From: Clostridia bacterium
Lineage (GTDB): Bacteria > Bacillota > Clostridia > TANB77 > CAG-508
Direction of reading: 5' to 3'
DNA length: 64,000 nucleotides
NCBI GenBank assembly: GCA_017456555.1
Contig: JAFTJF010000003.1
Coordinates: 64,404-128,403 of the forward strand
Part shown: piece by piece, positions 36,890-45,883 of the stretch
Numbering within the stretch: the first letter of the stretch is position 1
Layout: each line of letters begins with the position of its first letter
Translations under genes and position numbers: made by a program
The notes under the pieces: model-generated
The model's input: only the letters and a program-made list of their open reading frames with translations
What the model was told of the DNA's origin: nothing
Database searches by the model: none

Positions 36890-37433
36890 ATTTATACCCC
36901 CTTTCTTCTAATGCTTTCTTTATTTTTTTTCGTATTCGATGTAACTTTGTACTAACATTAAATTCGGTATAACCAATTCTTTTGGCTATTTGTTTTATTT
37001 TCATACCTTTAAAATAAAACATTATAAATATTTCTTTATCTTTTCCAAATTTTTCAAGTTCATTTGAAATAATTTCAAATTCTTCTTTTGATTCAACTAA
37101 TTCTTCAATATTTTCTTTGGATTTTATTTCTTCTTGAGTTTCAATAGATTCATAAGAAATATTTAAACTTCTTAATTTATTTTTCGCAATATTTTTAGTG
37201 ACACCAGCTATATATGGCTTTAATGGAAAATTATAATTTAAATTTTCTTTATTTTTCCATAATACAAGAAAAACATCAGATATCATTTCTTCAATATCTT
37301 CGTCTGTTAGTAGATTTTTGGTTATATTTTTTATAATCACTAAAATATAATTACTGTAATCATTAACTATCTTTTCTACATTTAAAGAATTATCATTATT
37401 TATATAATTTCGTATTAAATATGCATCTTCCAT
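36879..37433 (-). CDS. ECF-type sigma-70 family sigma factor
   Basis: Region 2 is SDVFLVLWKN..YIAGVTKNIAKNKL. Region 4 is IFIMFYFKGMKIKQIAKRIGYTEFNVSTKLHRIRKKIK. Confidence 0.8.
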   Translation of the reverse strand: MEDAYLIRNYINNDNSLNVEKIVNDYSNYILVIIKNITKNLLTDEDIEEMISDVFLVLWKNKENLNYNFPLKPYIAGVTKNIAKNKLRSLNISYESIETQEEIKSKENIEELVESKEEFEIISNELEKFGKDKEIFIMFYFKGMKIKQIAKRIGYTEFNVSTKLHRIRKKIKKALEERGYKYGK

Positions 37434-37566
37434 TCGCTTCTCCTTTCTAATATTCTTTAAAAGCTGCTTTCACTAATATATTAACATTTTATCAAAAAAC
37501 CTTACACAAAAAAAGATTAGCTATATTTCAAACTAACCTTTTACATTTCTTTAATAAAATACTTTT

Positions 37567-38298
37567 CTATAAATTATTTATTCTTTCTTTTAACTCTTCA
37601 TCATCAATTTTATTACTATTCCCCTCTACCATCATTTGTGAAAATTCTCTTAAAACTTGTTTTTCTTCTTCTGTTGGATTCATAGTGTCAAATATTTCAA
37701 CTACACAACGTAATAATGTTTTTCCAGTTTCTGAGAAAGTATAAGATTTAATCATATCTGTTTCTGGATTTTCGTTATTCATTTCAGCAAGTATTTGATT
37801 GATTTTTTCTTCTCCATGATATTTGTACATTATTGATTCAAAATCGTTTTCCAATTGTTCATATTCTTTAATTCTTGTATCTATTGCTTCTGGTGAGTTA
37901 TAAGAATTCTTATTATCAGACACTACATTAATTTCTTCTACAACATTACCTATAATCACTATATTATTCTCTTCAATAACATTTCCTATAGGTTCTTCCT
38001 CTATTTTTGGTTTACTTTCAGCAGGTATCATTACTGACACCTCTTTTCCCATTAATTCTTCTGGAATATTTTCCCCAACAACTATAACTGGTTTTCCATT
38101 TATTGGATTATATTTTATAATTTTTGTAACTGCCACAACGGCACAAGTTGTAAAAATAATCATACAACAAGCAACTGCTACAATTTTAAAAATATTAGAA
38201 CTATTTTCTCTCTTTTCTATCATTTCCTTATCATCAAAGTTGGACATAGAAATTTTTAATTTTACATTTTCTAAGATTTTTTCTTTATTTATCATCAC
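37567..38298 (-). CDS. putative anti-sigma factor (single-pass membrane protein)
   Basis: Overlaps the upstream sigma gene by 14 nt. Has a TM segment (IVAVACCMIIFTTCAVVAV). Confidence 0.5.
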   Translation of the reverse strand: MMINKEKILENVKLKISMSNFDDKEMIEKRENSSNIFKIVAVACCMIIFTTCAVVAVTKIIKYNPINGKPVIVVGENIPEELMGKEVSVMIPAESKPKIEEEPIGNVIEENNIVIIGNVVEEINVVSDNKNSYNSPEAIDTRIKEYEQLENDFESIMYKYHGEEKINQILAEMNNENPETDMIKSYTFSETGKTLLRCVVEIFDTMNPTEEEKQVLREFSQMMVEGNSNKIDDEELKERINNL

Positions 38299-38833
38299 TA
38301 TACCCTCCTTTCGAAAATTCTTTTTTTATTTTGTTTCGTATTCTATAGAGTTTCATTTTCACATTAAAATCTGATATATTTAATACTTTCGATATTTCTG
38401 ATATTTTCATAGAAGAATAGTAATACAAATTAAATATTAATATATCATCTTCTTTTAATTGTTTTACTGTCTTTTCTAAAATGCTTATCTTTTCTCTTTG
38501 TTCACATATCATATCAATTTTTATATTGTCTTGAATTATATTCTCATAATTTGAAATATCAAAATCTATATTTATTACTCTACACTTTTCTTTTACTAAG
38601 TTCTTGGTTATTCCTGCTATATATGGGCTCAACAATTTATCATCTTCTAGCTTCTTTGTGTTTTTCCAAAGTATAAAAAATGTATCTGATATAATTTCTT
38701 CAACATCTTCATCAGATAAATATTCTTTTGCCATATTTTTTATAATAGTATAAACATATCCACTATATTCATTAATAATTTTTTCCAAATCTAATTCTTT
38801 ATTGTTTTTGTATCTTTTTATTTCATTTCTCAA
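38285..38833 (-). CDS. ECF-type sigma-70 family sigma factor
   Basis: SDTFFILWKN..YIAGITKNLVKEK (region 2) and LIFNLYYYSSMKISEISKVLNISDFNVKMKLYRIRNKIK (region 4). Confidence 0.8.
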   Translation of the reverse strand: MRNEIKRYKNNKELDLEKIINEYSGYVYTIIKNMAKEYLSDEDVEEIISDTFFILWKNTKKLEDDKLLSPYIAGITKNLVKEKCRVINIDFDISNYENIIQDNIKIDMICEQREKISILEKTVKQLKEDDILIFNLYYYSSMKISEISKVLNISDFNVKMKLYRIRNKIKKEFSKGGYSDDK

Positions 38834-39027
38834 TTTAGTACGAACTCCTTTTTTTACAAAATATATTTCTTACTTATATATTGATTAATTTTTGAAAAAG
38901 GTAACACTTTTTTGTAAATTTATTATAAAAAAACAAGAACCCTATATTTTACGATAGAGTTCTTGAAAAAGGAAAGTATTAAGTTTTAATTATTGATTTG
39001 GTCAAAGACAATTAACAAAATGCTTAT

Positions 39028-39429
39028 TTATTCATAGAAATATGTAGACACTTCATAACCTACATGATCATACTGCGGAACTACTTTCACCTGATAAGTG
39101 GCATCAGGAAGGTCCTTTCCGCTATACAGAATAACAGTTTGTTCTGTACCATTAAGCTTAATGTCTTTGCTTGTGACAATATAGTCGCCCGTCTCCATGT
39201 TCTTGATAGTGAGATAAACATGAAGACTACCACTGTCACTGGTGCCTTGAGCAGTAATTTTGCTACAATCAACAGTGGTGGTAGAAGTATAGGTTCTAGT
39301 TCCACCCGATTCAGAACCAGTGCCATTGACCTTATGGAATTCACTATCTGCAAATGCAGTTACAGACAGTGCAAAAACCATAATTAAGACCATAATCATA
39401 GAAACAATTCTAGTAATATGCTTTTTCAT
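39028..39429 (-). CDS. small secreted protein (133 aa) in a GC-rich islet
   Basis: Signal peptide MKKHITRIVSMIMVLIMVFALSVTAFA and a beta-rich mature part. By eye about 40% GC against a background of about 25%. Confidence 0.6.
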   Translation of the reverse strand: MKKHITRIVSMIMVLIMVFALSVTAFADSEFHKVNGTGSESGGTRTYTSTTTVDCSKITAQGTSDSGSLHVYLTIKNMETGDYIVTSKDIKLNGTEQTVILYSGKDLPDATYQVKVVPQYDHVGYEVSTYFYE

Positions 39430-39657
39430 TATGTCAGTCCTTTCTTGAAAAATACCTTCCTTTTTTCCTTCTAATCCAACTTTCCAATTTGACTCTGTTG
39501 ATTATTAGGTTTCCTATGACCAAATCTTAAGTATTATACGAGATTATATACTTTTTATTAATAAAAAATGACGAAAAGTGGCGTTATATTTATATTTACT
39601 TGTTTTATTGATTTTTATTTTTTTTATAATTATAATGTTAACAAAAGGAGAATATCT

Positions 39658-40362
39658 ATGAATAAAATATTAAAAAACATCATTTTATCTGTTTTCATTA
39701 TTTTTATATTAGTATTAATTTTTTATTTACACCAATATTTCACATATTCTTTAGATAATGTCAGTAAATTATTGAATTCTTCAAAATTACCTAATGAATT
39801 TTCTATTATTAAAAATGTACAAAGTATAGATTATACTGAACATATGGAATATTACAGAAAAAATGATATTATGTATGTGAGTCAAATAACTAAACCGCAT
39901 ACTTCAGGAGTGAACAAAATTGATATTTTATCTATTTATGAAGATAAAACTGAAACTATAATATCAAATATCAATAAAACTATTTCAAAATTTAATAATT
40001 CAGATGACTTCATATTAAAACCATTATACAAAAGTAATTTCTTTAATTCTGTACAAATGCATGGTTCAAATGATAATATAGGTATTTACAAATATTGTGG
40101 AAAAGATATTATAAATGGAAAAAGATGTATAAAAGTTTCTATGACAAGTTTTTATTCAGACTATGTCTCAGTAGAATATTATTATATAGACTTAAGTAAT
40201 AATCTTATTGTTAAATATTTACTATATACTGGAACTTCTATTGATGATATGCAAAAAATAAAACAAATTAACATAGATTATAATTTTAATTCAGTAAATG
40301 ATAATTATTTACAAAAATTTAATTTAGATAGTTATACAGATTATACTTATAATGAAATTTAA
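39658..40362 (+). CDS. hypothetical N-terminally anchored protein (234 aa)
   Basis: Start moved from the track's 39568 to the ATG at 39658, behind an AAAGGAGA RBS. N-terminal TM segment. Confidence 0.55.
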   Translation: MNKILKNIILSVFIIFILVLIFYLHQYFTYSLDNVSKLLNSSKLPNEFSIIKNVQSIDYTEHMEYYRKNDIMYVSQITKPHTSGVNKIDILSIYEDKTETIISNINKTISKFNNSDDFILKPLYKSNFFNSVQMHGSNDNIGIYKYCGKDIINGKRCIKVSMTSFYSDYVSVEYYYIDLSNNLIVKYLLYTGTSIDDMQKIKQINIDYNFNSVNDNYLQKFNLDSYTDYTYNEI

Positions 40363-40472
40363 ACTTCTTCTTTTTTATAAAAAAACTCAATCAAAATAAG
40401 CTTCAAAAAATGACAAATCCCCGCAGCACACACTGCAGGGACCAAAACATTTTTGCTAATTAGCCTGAGAAA

Positions 40473-40625
40473 TTATTCTGAAATATAAGGAACAAAAATA
40501 ACAGGAATTTCAGATATACGCTCTTTAAGCAACTCTTTTGTACTGTCGGTGAATTTACTTGCAATTTCGGCAACTTCACTTTCTGTAAGCATTTTAATCT
40601 TTTCAGAATTTTTTCTCCAGTTCAT
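40473..40625 (-). CDS. small ORF (50 aa), possibly a gene fragment
   Basis: Manual translation gives MNWRKNSEKIKMLTESEVAEIASKFTDSTKELLKERISEIPVIFVPYISE. GC-richer patch. No convincing RBS was seen. Confidence 0.2.
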   Translation of the reverse strand: MNWRKNSEKIKMLTESEVAEIASKFTDSTKELLKERISEIPVIFVPYISE

Positions 40626-40729
40626 TTCTCTTAAATTTTCCTTCCAAAACTACTCCCAATATTTATAGACAAAAAAAATCCAATATGATAATATATTTGT
40701 ATAATTTAATAAAGATGAGGATTTAATAA

Positions 40730-42313
40730 ATGTTTACAAAAAAGACGATTAAATTTATTTTACTAATCGCTTTATGTATTCTTTTTGCAACCTTCATACA
40801 GATAATGCCTGAAGAAGAAATCGAGCCAGGTATTCTTATTGAACAAAACAAAGGTGATATAAATCTCGCTGAAATCGAAGCAACTCTACAACTTAGCACA
40901 GAATTAGATATAAATCTAACTCTTTGGGATATTGAACCTTATTACAATAAATTAGAAAACACCTATTATTTTCTAATTAATGAAGAACATGCAGAAGAAT
41001 ATCTTAAACCAAAAGTAAAAATAGAACCTGAAAGTAATTTTCAGTACTCAATTCTTAGTGAAAATTATAATCAAAAAGATGGTTTATGCGTAAAATTTAA
41101 TGAACCTTTCGAAATGATAGTTTTCAATGATTCTACTTATTATAAAATCCCATTCAAATTCACAAATCTTCCTATTGTAAATATTATTCCTGGTAGAGAA
41201 GAAATCACAACAGATGCACAACCTGCTTGGGTTCAAGTATACATGGAAGATACTGAAGATAATGTCGGAACAACTTTAGTTACATCAGAAACTATTATTT
41301 ATGTTAGAGGAAGAAGTTCTCTATACTATCCAAAGAAACAATATAGATTAAAACTAAGAAAAGACAATGACTACAATGAAGTTTCTCTAGTTGGTATGGA
41401 AGCAGATGAAGATTGGATACTGGATTCTCTATATTCAGATTATTCGAAAATTAGAACAAAATTATCATTTGATTTGTGGAACCAAATGAATTCTTATGCC
41501 CCAAACAAATTTGATAATGATTTGGAAATGGAATATGTTGATGTTTATATCAATGATGAATACCATGGAATTTATTTGTTAAAAGAATTTTTGGATAGAA
41601 AGAAATTAGACTTAGAAAAAAATTCTGAAGAAGATTCTGGAATTTTACTAAAAGGAATTCAATATGGAGAAATCGATTGGGATAATTACAATAATGCCAA
41701 ACGTTCTCAAGACGTCTTCCCTTGGATATTAAAATATCCAAAAAATTTACCGGATCATTCTAAATATTGGGATACAATTTTACCTAAAATATATACCAAC
41801 TTTTTCGAGAAAGAAAAAATTACAAAAGATTATATTTTAAATAACTTCTTCTTACATAACTACCTAGATTATAATTTATTAATTAATTTCATATATGCAG
41901 CAGATAACTTTGAAGAGAAAAATGTTTATTTATCTATGAAAAATATGAACGAAAATACAAAAGTTCTTATTACTCCTTGGGATTTAGATATGAGCTATGG
42001 TTATACTTGGGGAGCTGGTCCAACTAATCTAGTTGAAAATTCAGAACTTGTAACTGATGCTTCACATTTATGGACAACTTCAGATTATATAAACAAAAAA
42101 TTAAAAAGTAGATATTGGGATTTACGTTGGCAAATTTTCAACACAGACAATATAAACTATAAAATTGATTCATATTACAATAAGATAAAATATTCAGTTG
42201 CAAGAGATAATGAAAAATGGTTACAAACTGATTTAGAAGAAGAAATAAATAAAGTAAAAACTTGGGTACAAGAAAGAATAGAATTTTTAGATGAAGAAGT
42301 TAGGAGAAAATAA
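40730..42313 (+). CDS. CotH family protein (spore-coat-protein-H-like kinase fold), N-terminally anchored
   Basis: KKQYRLKLRKD..DEDWILDSLYSDYSKIRTKLSFDLWNQM..YVDVYINDEYHGIYLLKE..PWDLDMSYG are CotH hallmarks. Confidence 0.75.
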   Translation: MFTKKTIKFILLIALCILFATFIQIMPEEEIEPGILIEQNKGDINLAEIEATLQLSTELDINLTLWDIEPYYNKLENTYYFLINEEHAEEYLKPKVKIEPESNFQYSILSENYNQKDGLCVKFNEPFEMIVFNDSTYYKIPFKFTNLPIVNIIPGREEITTDAQPAWVQVYMEDTEDNVGTTLVTSETIIYVRGRSSLYYPKKQYRLKLRKDNDYNEVSLVGMEADEDWILDSLYSDYSKIRTKLSFDLWNQMNSYAPNKFDNDLEMEYVDVYINDEYHGIYLLKEFLDRKKLDLEKNSEEDSGILLKGIQYGEIDWDNYNNAKRSQDVFPWILKYPKNLPDHSKYWDTILPKIYTNFFEKEKITKDYILNNFFLHNYLDYNLLINFIYAADNFEEKNVYLSMKNMNENTKVLITPWDLDMSYGYTWGAGPTNLVENSELVTDASHLWTTSDYINKKLKSRYWDLRWQIFNTDNINYKIDSYYNKIKYSVARDNEKWLQTDLEEEINKVKTWVQERIEFLDEEVRRK

Positions 42314-43002
42314 TGTATAGATATGAGAAAAAGTACTTAGTTACTAACATCCAAATGGAAATACTGAAAAACACTTTATCAGCAGCATTATATCTTGATT
42401 CTAATATAAAAAATCCTGATGGTAGCTATTTTATTAGAAGTTTATATTTTGATGATTATAAAGATACTAGCTATTTCCAAGTACTAGATGGTATTAGTAA
42501 AAGAGAAAAATATAGAATTAGATATTATGATTTAGATCCTAGCTATATAACTTTAGAAAAAAAATCTAAACAAAATAATCTAGGAAAAAAAGACAAAGAT
42601 AAATTAACCAAAGAAATGGTTATGAAATTTATAAATAATGAAGAAATTGAATCAAACAAACCTGTAGTTGAAGAACTGCAAAGTAAGATGAAAACCGACC
42701 TTTACAAACCAGTTATTATAATAGATTATGAACGAAGAGCTTTCACTTACCCTGCCAATGACGTTAGAATAACTTTAGATTACAACATCTCTTGTTCATA
42801 TGAAATTTCAAAATTCTTTGAAAAGAATATTAATTCAATTCCTTTGTTAGAAAAAAACACAGCAATCTTGGAAGTAAAATATAATGACTTCCTACCAGAT
42901 TTTATAAAACATTTAATAAACATTAATAATTTAGAAATAACATCTTTTTCAAAATATAGTACTGGAAGAGAAATGTTAGAAAAAATAGAAAGAAGGGTTT
43001 AA
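42313..43002 (+). CDS. VTC domain (polyphosphate-polymerase-like) protein
   Basis: MYRYEKKYLV..IRSLYFDD..YRIRYY..LEKKSK..ILEVKYND matches the VTC-domain pattern. ATGA overlap with the cotH-like gene. Confidence 0.7.
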   Translation: MYRYEKKYLVTNIQMEILKNTLSAALYLDSNIKNPDGSYFIRSLYFDDYKDTSYFQVLDGISKREKYRIRYYDLDPSYITLEKKSKQNNLGKKDKDKLTKEMVMKFINNEEIESNKPVVEELQSKMKTDLYKPVIIIDYERRAFTYPANDVRITLDYNISCSYEISKFFEKNINSIPLLEKNTAILEVKYNDFLPDFIKHLININNLEITSFSKYSTGREMLEKIERRV

Positions 43003-43004
43003 AA

Positions 43005-43661
43005 ATGGGTATTAATGATATAGTAAAAAATAGTTTTTTAAATAATTTCACAGAAACAGTTTCTCTTTCAACTGTAATTGCAACAGGACAAATGAGTTTA
43101 GTTTTTGCAGCAGTTGTATATATAGTTTATTTATTAACTTGTGATAAAACAATTTATTCAAAAAAATTCAATGTTGCAATGAGCTTAATGACAATTATAA
43201 CTTCTGCTTTAGTTATGGCAATGCAAGCCAATATCGTTATTTCATTAGGTATGGTTGGTGCTTTATCTATCGTTAGATTTAGAACTGCAATCAAAGAACC
43301 AAAAGATTTATTATTCTTATTCTGGTCTATCTCTAATGGTATAATTATCGGTGCTGGCTTATATTCAATAGCTTGTGTTTTAGCAGTAGTTTTAAGTATA
43401 GCTTTAATAGTTTTCGAACTTATTCCTGCAAGAAGAAAAAGCATGTTATTAGTTGTTAATCTTACATCAATTGAAGCAGAATCAGTTGTTGAAAAAGAGC
43501 TAAAAAAATATTGGGTTAGATTTAAAGTAAAATCAAGAAATGTCTTTAGAGATAAAGCAGATATTATGTATGAAATATCTACTAGAAAAGACAGACAATT
43601 AGTAACAGACCTTTCTAAATTAAATGAAATTCTTTCTGTAAATTTAATAAAACAAGATTAA
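43005..43661 (+). CDS. DUF4956 family membrane protein
   Basis: GALSIVRFRTAIKEPKDLLFLFWSISNGIIIGAG is the conserved DUF4956 core. 2-nt gap after the VTC gene. Confidence 0.7.
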   Translation: MGINDIVKNSFLNNFTETVSLSTVIATGQMSLVFAAVVYIVYLLTCDKTIYSKKFNVAMSLMTIITSALVMAMQANIVISLGMVGALSIVRFRTAIKEPKDLLFLFWSISNGIIIGAGLYSIACVLAVVLSIALIVFELIPARRKSMLLVVNLTSIEAESVVEKELKKYWVRFKVKSRNVFRDKADIMYEISTRKDRQLVTDLSKLNEILSVNLIKQD

Positions 43662-43780
43662 AATATAAAAGTAATTTGTATAAAATCATTAATAGAACTA
43701 CATGTTATGTAGTTCTATTTTTTGTTTTTCTCCCTACCAAAATTGCAACTTATATTTTCACTATAAATTTCCTTTTTACA

Positions 43781-43809
43781 TTGACAAAAATTTTATTAAT
43801 TTATATAGT
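43781..43809 (+). promoter_or_regulatory. sigma-A promoter TTGACA-17-TATAGT
   Basis: TTGACA at 43781..43786 and TATAGT at 43804..43809, upstream of the ORF at 43847. Confidence 0.5.
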
Positions 43810-43846
43810 TATTTTATATAATCGTAGTAATAAAAGGAGCATTCAA

Positions 43847-45400
43847 ATGGAAAATTTACTCGTAATAACAGAATTACAAGTTTTAGTTTTAAGTCTTTTA
43901 GCAACAATTATTTATTTTTCTTTATTAAAATTCAAGAAACCCTCAAAAAGTGTTGCAAAAGCTGGTATCTTAATATTTATTTCATTTATTATTTCTTTAT
44001 GTGCTTTATACTATTTCAAAACAATATTCGAACCAAATCATTTATTTAGTACTGTTTTTATAGTATTTTGTGTAGCTTGTATAGTAATCTTGAAATTATT
44101 AAAAATTTATACACCTAAGATTGGAGTCATTTTTTCATTTTTAATAATTACTGTAGTTGCTTTATCTTATAATTGCTATTCTCCTTATTGGTCAAGACAA
44201 CATGATAGCAGGTCTTTTGATTCACCAGAAAACGGCGGTCATTTCGGATATATTGGATATATTTTTAGCAACAATAAACTCCCAAGTGGTTCTCCTATTG
44301 GCATTTGGTGCTTTTACAATCCACCTTTATTTTATATAATTTCTACAATTGTAATGAAAGTTGTAGTTGCGATTAAAGATTCTGTTGACATCGGCTTTGA
44401 AGTAGTTCAACTTTTCTCATTTGCTTATACAGTAATTTTTAATATATATGTTTATAGAATTTTAAAAGAAATTAATATTAAAAAATCAATAATTCCACTA
44501 TTATTTTTTGTTGGATTATCACCAGCAATGATAATTATGTCTGGTAGTATTAACAATGATATTTTATCTATTGCATTGTCTACAATGGCAATCTACTATA
44601 CAATAGTTTGGTACAAAAAAGATTCTTTGAAAAATCTTATTAAAATTGCTCTAACTATTTCATTAGCAATAATGACAAAAATTAGTGCAGCTCTGATTGC
44701 TGTTGGAATTGCAGTCGTATTCTTAACCAAAGTAATAAAAAATAGAAAAGACTTTATTAGATATTTAAAACATTTTACTATTTTTGCACTAATTGCACTT
44801 CCAATTGGACTTTGGTACCCAGTTAAAAATTTAGTACTTTATGATGTTCCTATTACATATGTCCAATCAGTTGATGAATCTAACAGTGCGAATATTTCTA
44901 GATATTCTGTTTTTGATAGATTTTTCAAAATTAATGATAATCATTTAGATACAATTAATATTGATATGTCTGCAGAAAATGCTGAATATAATCTTTATAC
45001 AACAACTTTAAAATCCTTTATAATTGATGAACATATTGAATATGAAGAAAATAAAATATTGAAATTCGTGATTCCGGCTCTATTCTATGTTTCAATAGCA
45101 ATTTCTATTATTTATCTAATTAACATTATCTATGCACTTATAAATAGAAAAAAACTAGATAACTGGATGTATTTATTTTTACTAATTGGAATATTACAAA
45201 TCGGATCTTACATAAATTTCTGTTTTGGTTTTCCATTTACTTTTACAATGAATTTTAGATATATTGTTCCAACATTAATTACTTATAGTGCAATCACTGG
45301 AACCGTTTCAGACAAAAATAAAATTTTATTTAATGTAAATACTGCATTAATTTCAATTTTCTCTTGTCTGTCAATATTAATGTTTACAAATTTAATTTAA
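43847..45400 (+). CDS. polytopic membrane protein, possibly a GT-C (ArnT/PMT-like) glycosyltransferase
   Basis: Start moved to the ATG at 43847, behind an AAAGGAG RBS. 12 or more TM segments. The family call is weak. Confidence 0.4.
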   Translation: MENLLVITELQVLVLSLLATIIYFSLLKFKKPSKSVAKAGILIFISFIISLCALYYFKTIFEPNHLFSTVFIVFCVACIVILKLLKIYTPKIGVIFSFLIITVVALSYNCYSPYWSRQHDSRSFDSPENGGHFGYIGYIFSNNKLPSGSPIGIWCFYNPPLFYIISTIVMKVVVAIKDSVDIGFEVVQLFSFAYTVIFNIYVYRILKEINIKKSIIPLLFFVGLSPAMIIMSGSINNDILSIALSTMAIYYTIVWYKKDSLKNLIKIALTISLAIMTKISAALIAVGIAVVFLTKVIKNRKDFIRYLKHFTIFALIALPIGLWYPVKNLVLYDVPITYVQSVDESNSANISRYSVFDRFFKINDNHLDTINIDMSAENAEYNLYTTTLKSFIIDEHIEYEENKILKFVIPALFYVSIAISIIYLINIIYALINRKKLDNWMYLFLLIGILQIGSYINFCFGFPFTFTMNFRYIVPTLITYSAITGTVSDKNKILFNVNTALISIFSCLSILMFTNLI

Positions 45401-45446
45401 AAATAGCAATATTTAATCAATAAAAATATCTTATGCATAAAACAAA

Positions 45447-45478
45447 AAGAAGGCTCGCTATTGGAGCCTTCTTTTTTT
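45447..45478. terminator. bidirectional intrinsic terminator
   Basis: AAGAAGGCTC-N7-GAGCCTTCTT followed by T7. Confidence 0.75.
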
Positions 45479-45710
45479 AATTATCTTTTAAATTCTTATC
45501 GTACAATATAGCTAAAACAATTTTTGTTTCTTTCATTAAGTTTTCTGTACTTTGCAAATTTATTTTTGCTGGATCTGGTATGTAATCATTATTCTTATTC
45601 TCTTCTAAGAATTTAATAAAATTTATGTTTATTCTTTTTCTAATATTTGGATGCATATTTTCAATTATGCAATAAACTTCAGAAAAAGCATTTCTATATT
45701 TTTCTTCCAT
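45477..45710 (-). CDS. hypothetical small protein (77 aa)
   Basis: AAGGAGAAG RBS. Last gene of the giant-protein operon. Confidence 0.45.
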   Translation of the reverse strand: MEEKYRNAFSEVYCIIENMHPNIRKRININFIKFLEENKNNDYIPDPAKINLQSTENLMKETKIVLAILYDKNLKDN

Positions 45711-45724
45711 AGATTAACTTCTCC

Positions 45725-45883
45725 TTATTGTTTATTTTTCATTTCTTCTTCAAAATTTTTACCAGTATATTCATTATATGCAGAAACAAAAAGTTCATAA
45801 AATTTCTTATATTCTTCTGTATTTCCTTGTTCTTGTGCTATAATCATCAATTCTTTGTATTCAGCTAAATCACCTATTGTCAT
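45725..45883 (-). CDS. small hypothetical protein (52 aa), not in the ORF track
   Basis: Manual translation gives MTIGDLAEYKELMIIAQEQGNTEEYKKFYELFVSAYNEYTGKNFEEEMKNKQ. The GGAGGAGGAG SD lies inside the 3' end of the giant gene, and the start overlaps its stop codon. Confidence 0.4.
   Translation of the reverse strand: MTIGDLAEYKELMIIAQEQGNTEEYKKFYELFVSAYNEYTGKNFEEEMKNKQ

Noticed and set aside
39064-39387. Two alternative ORFs (39064..39387 plus strand, 39087..39353 minus strand) inside the GC-rich secreted-protein gene
   Set aside because: The higher GC content opens several frames. Only 39028..39429 (minus strand) has a signal peptide, a start context and a plausible globular sequence.
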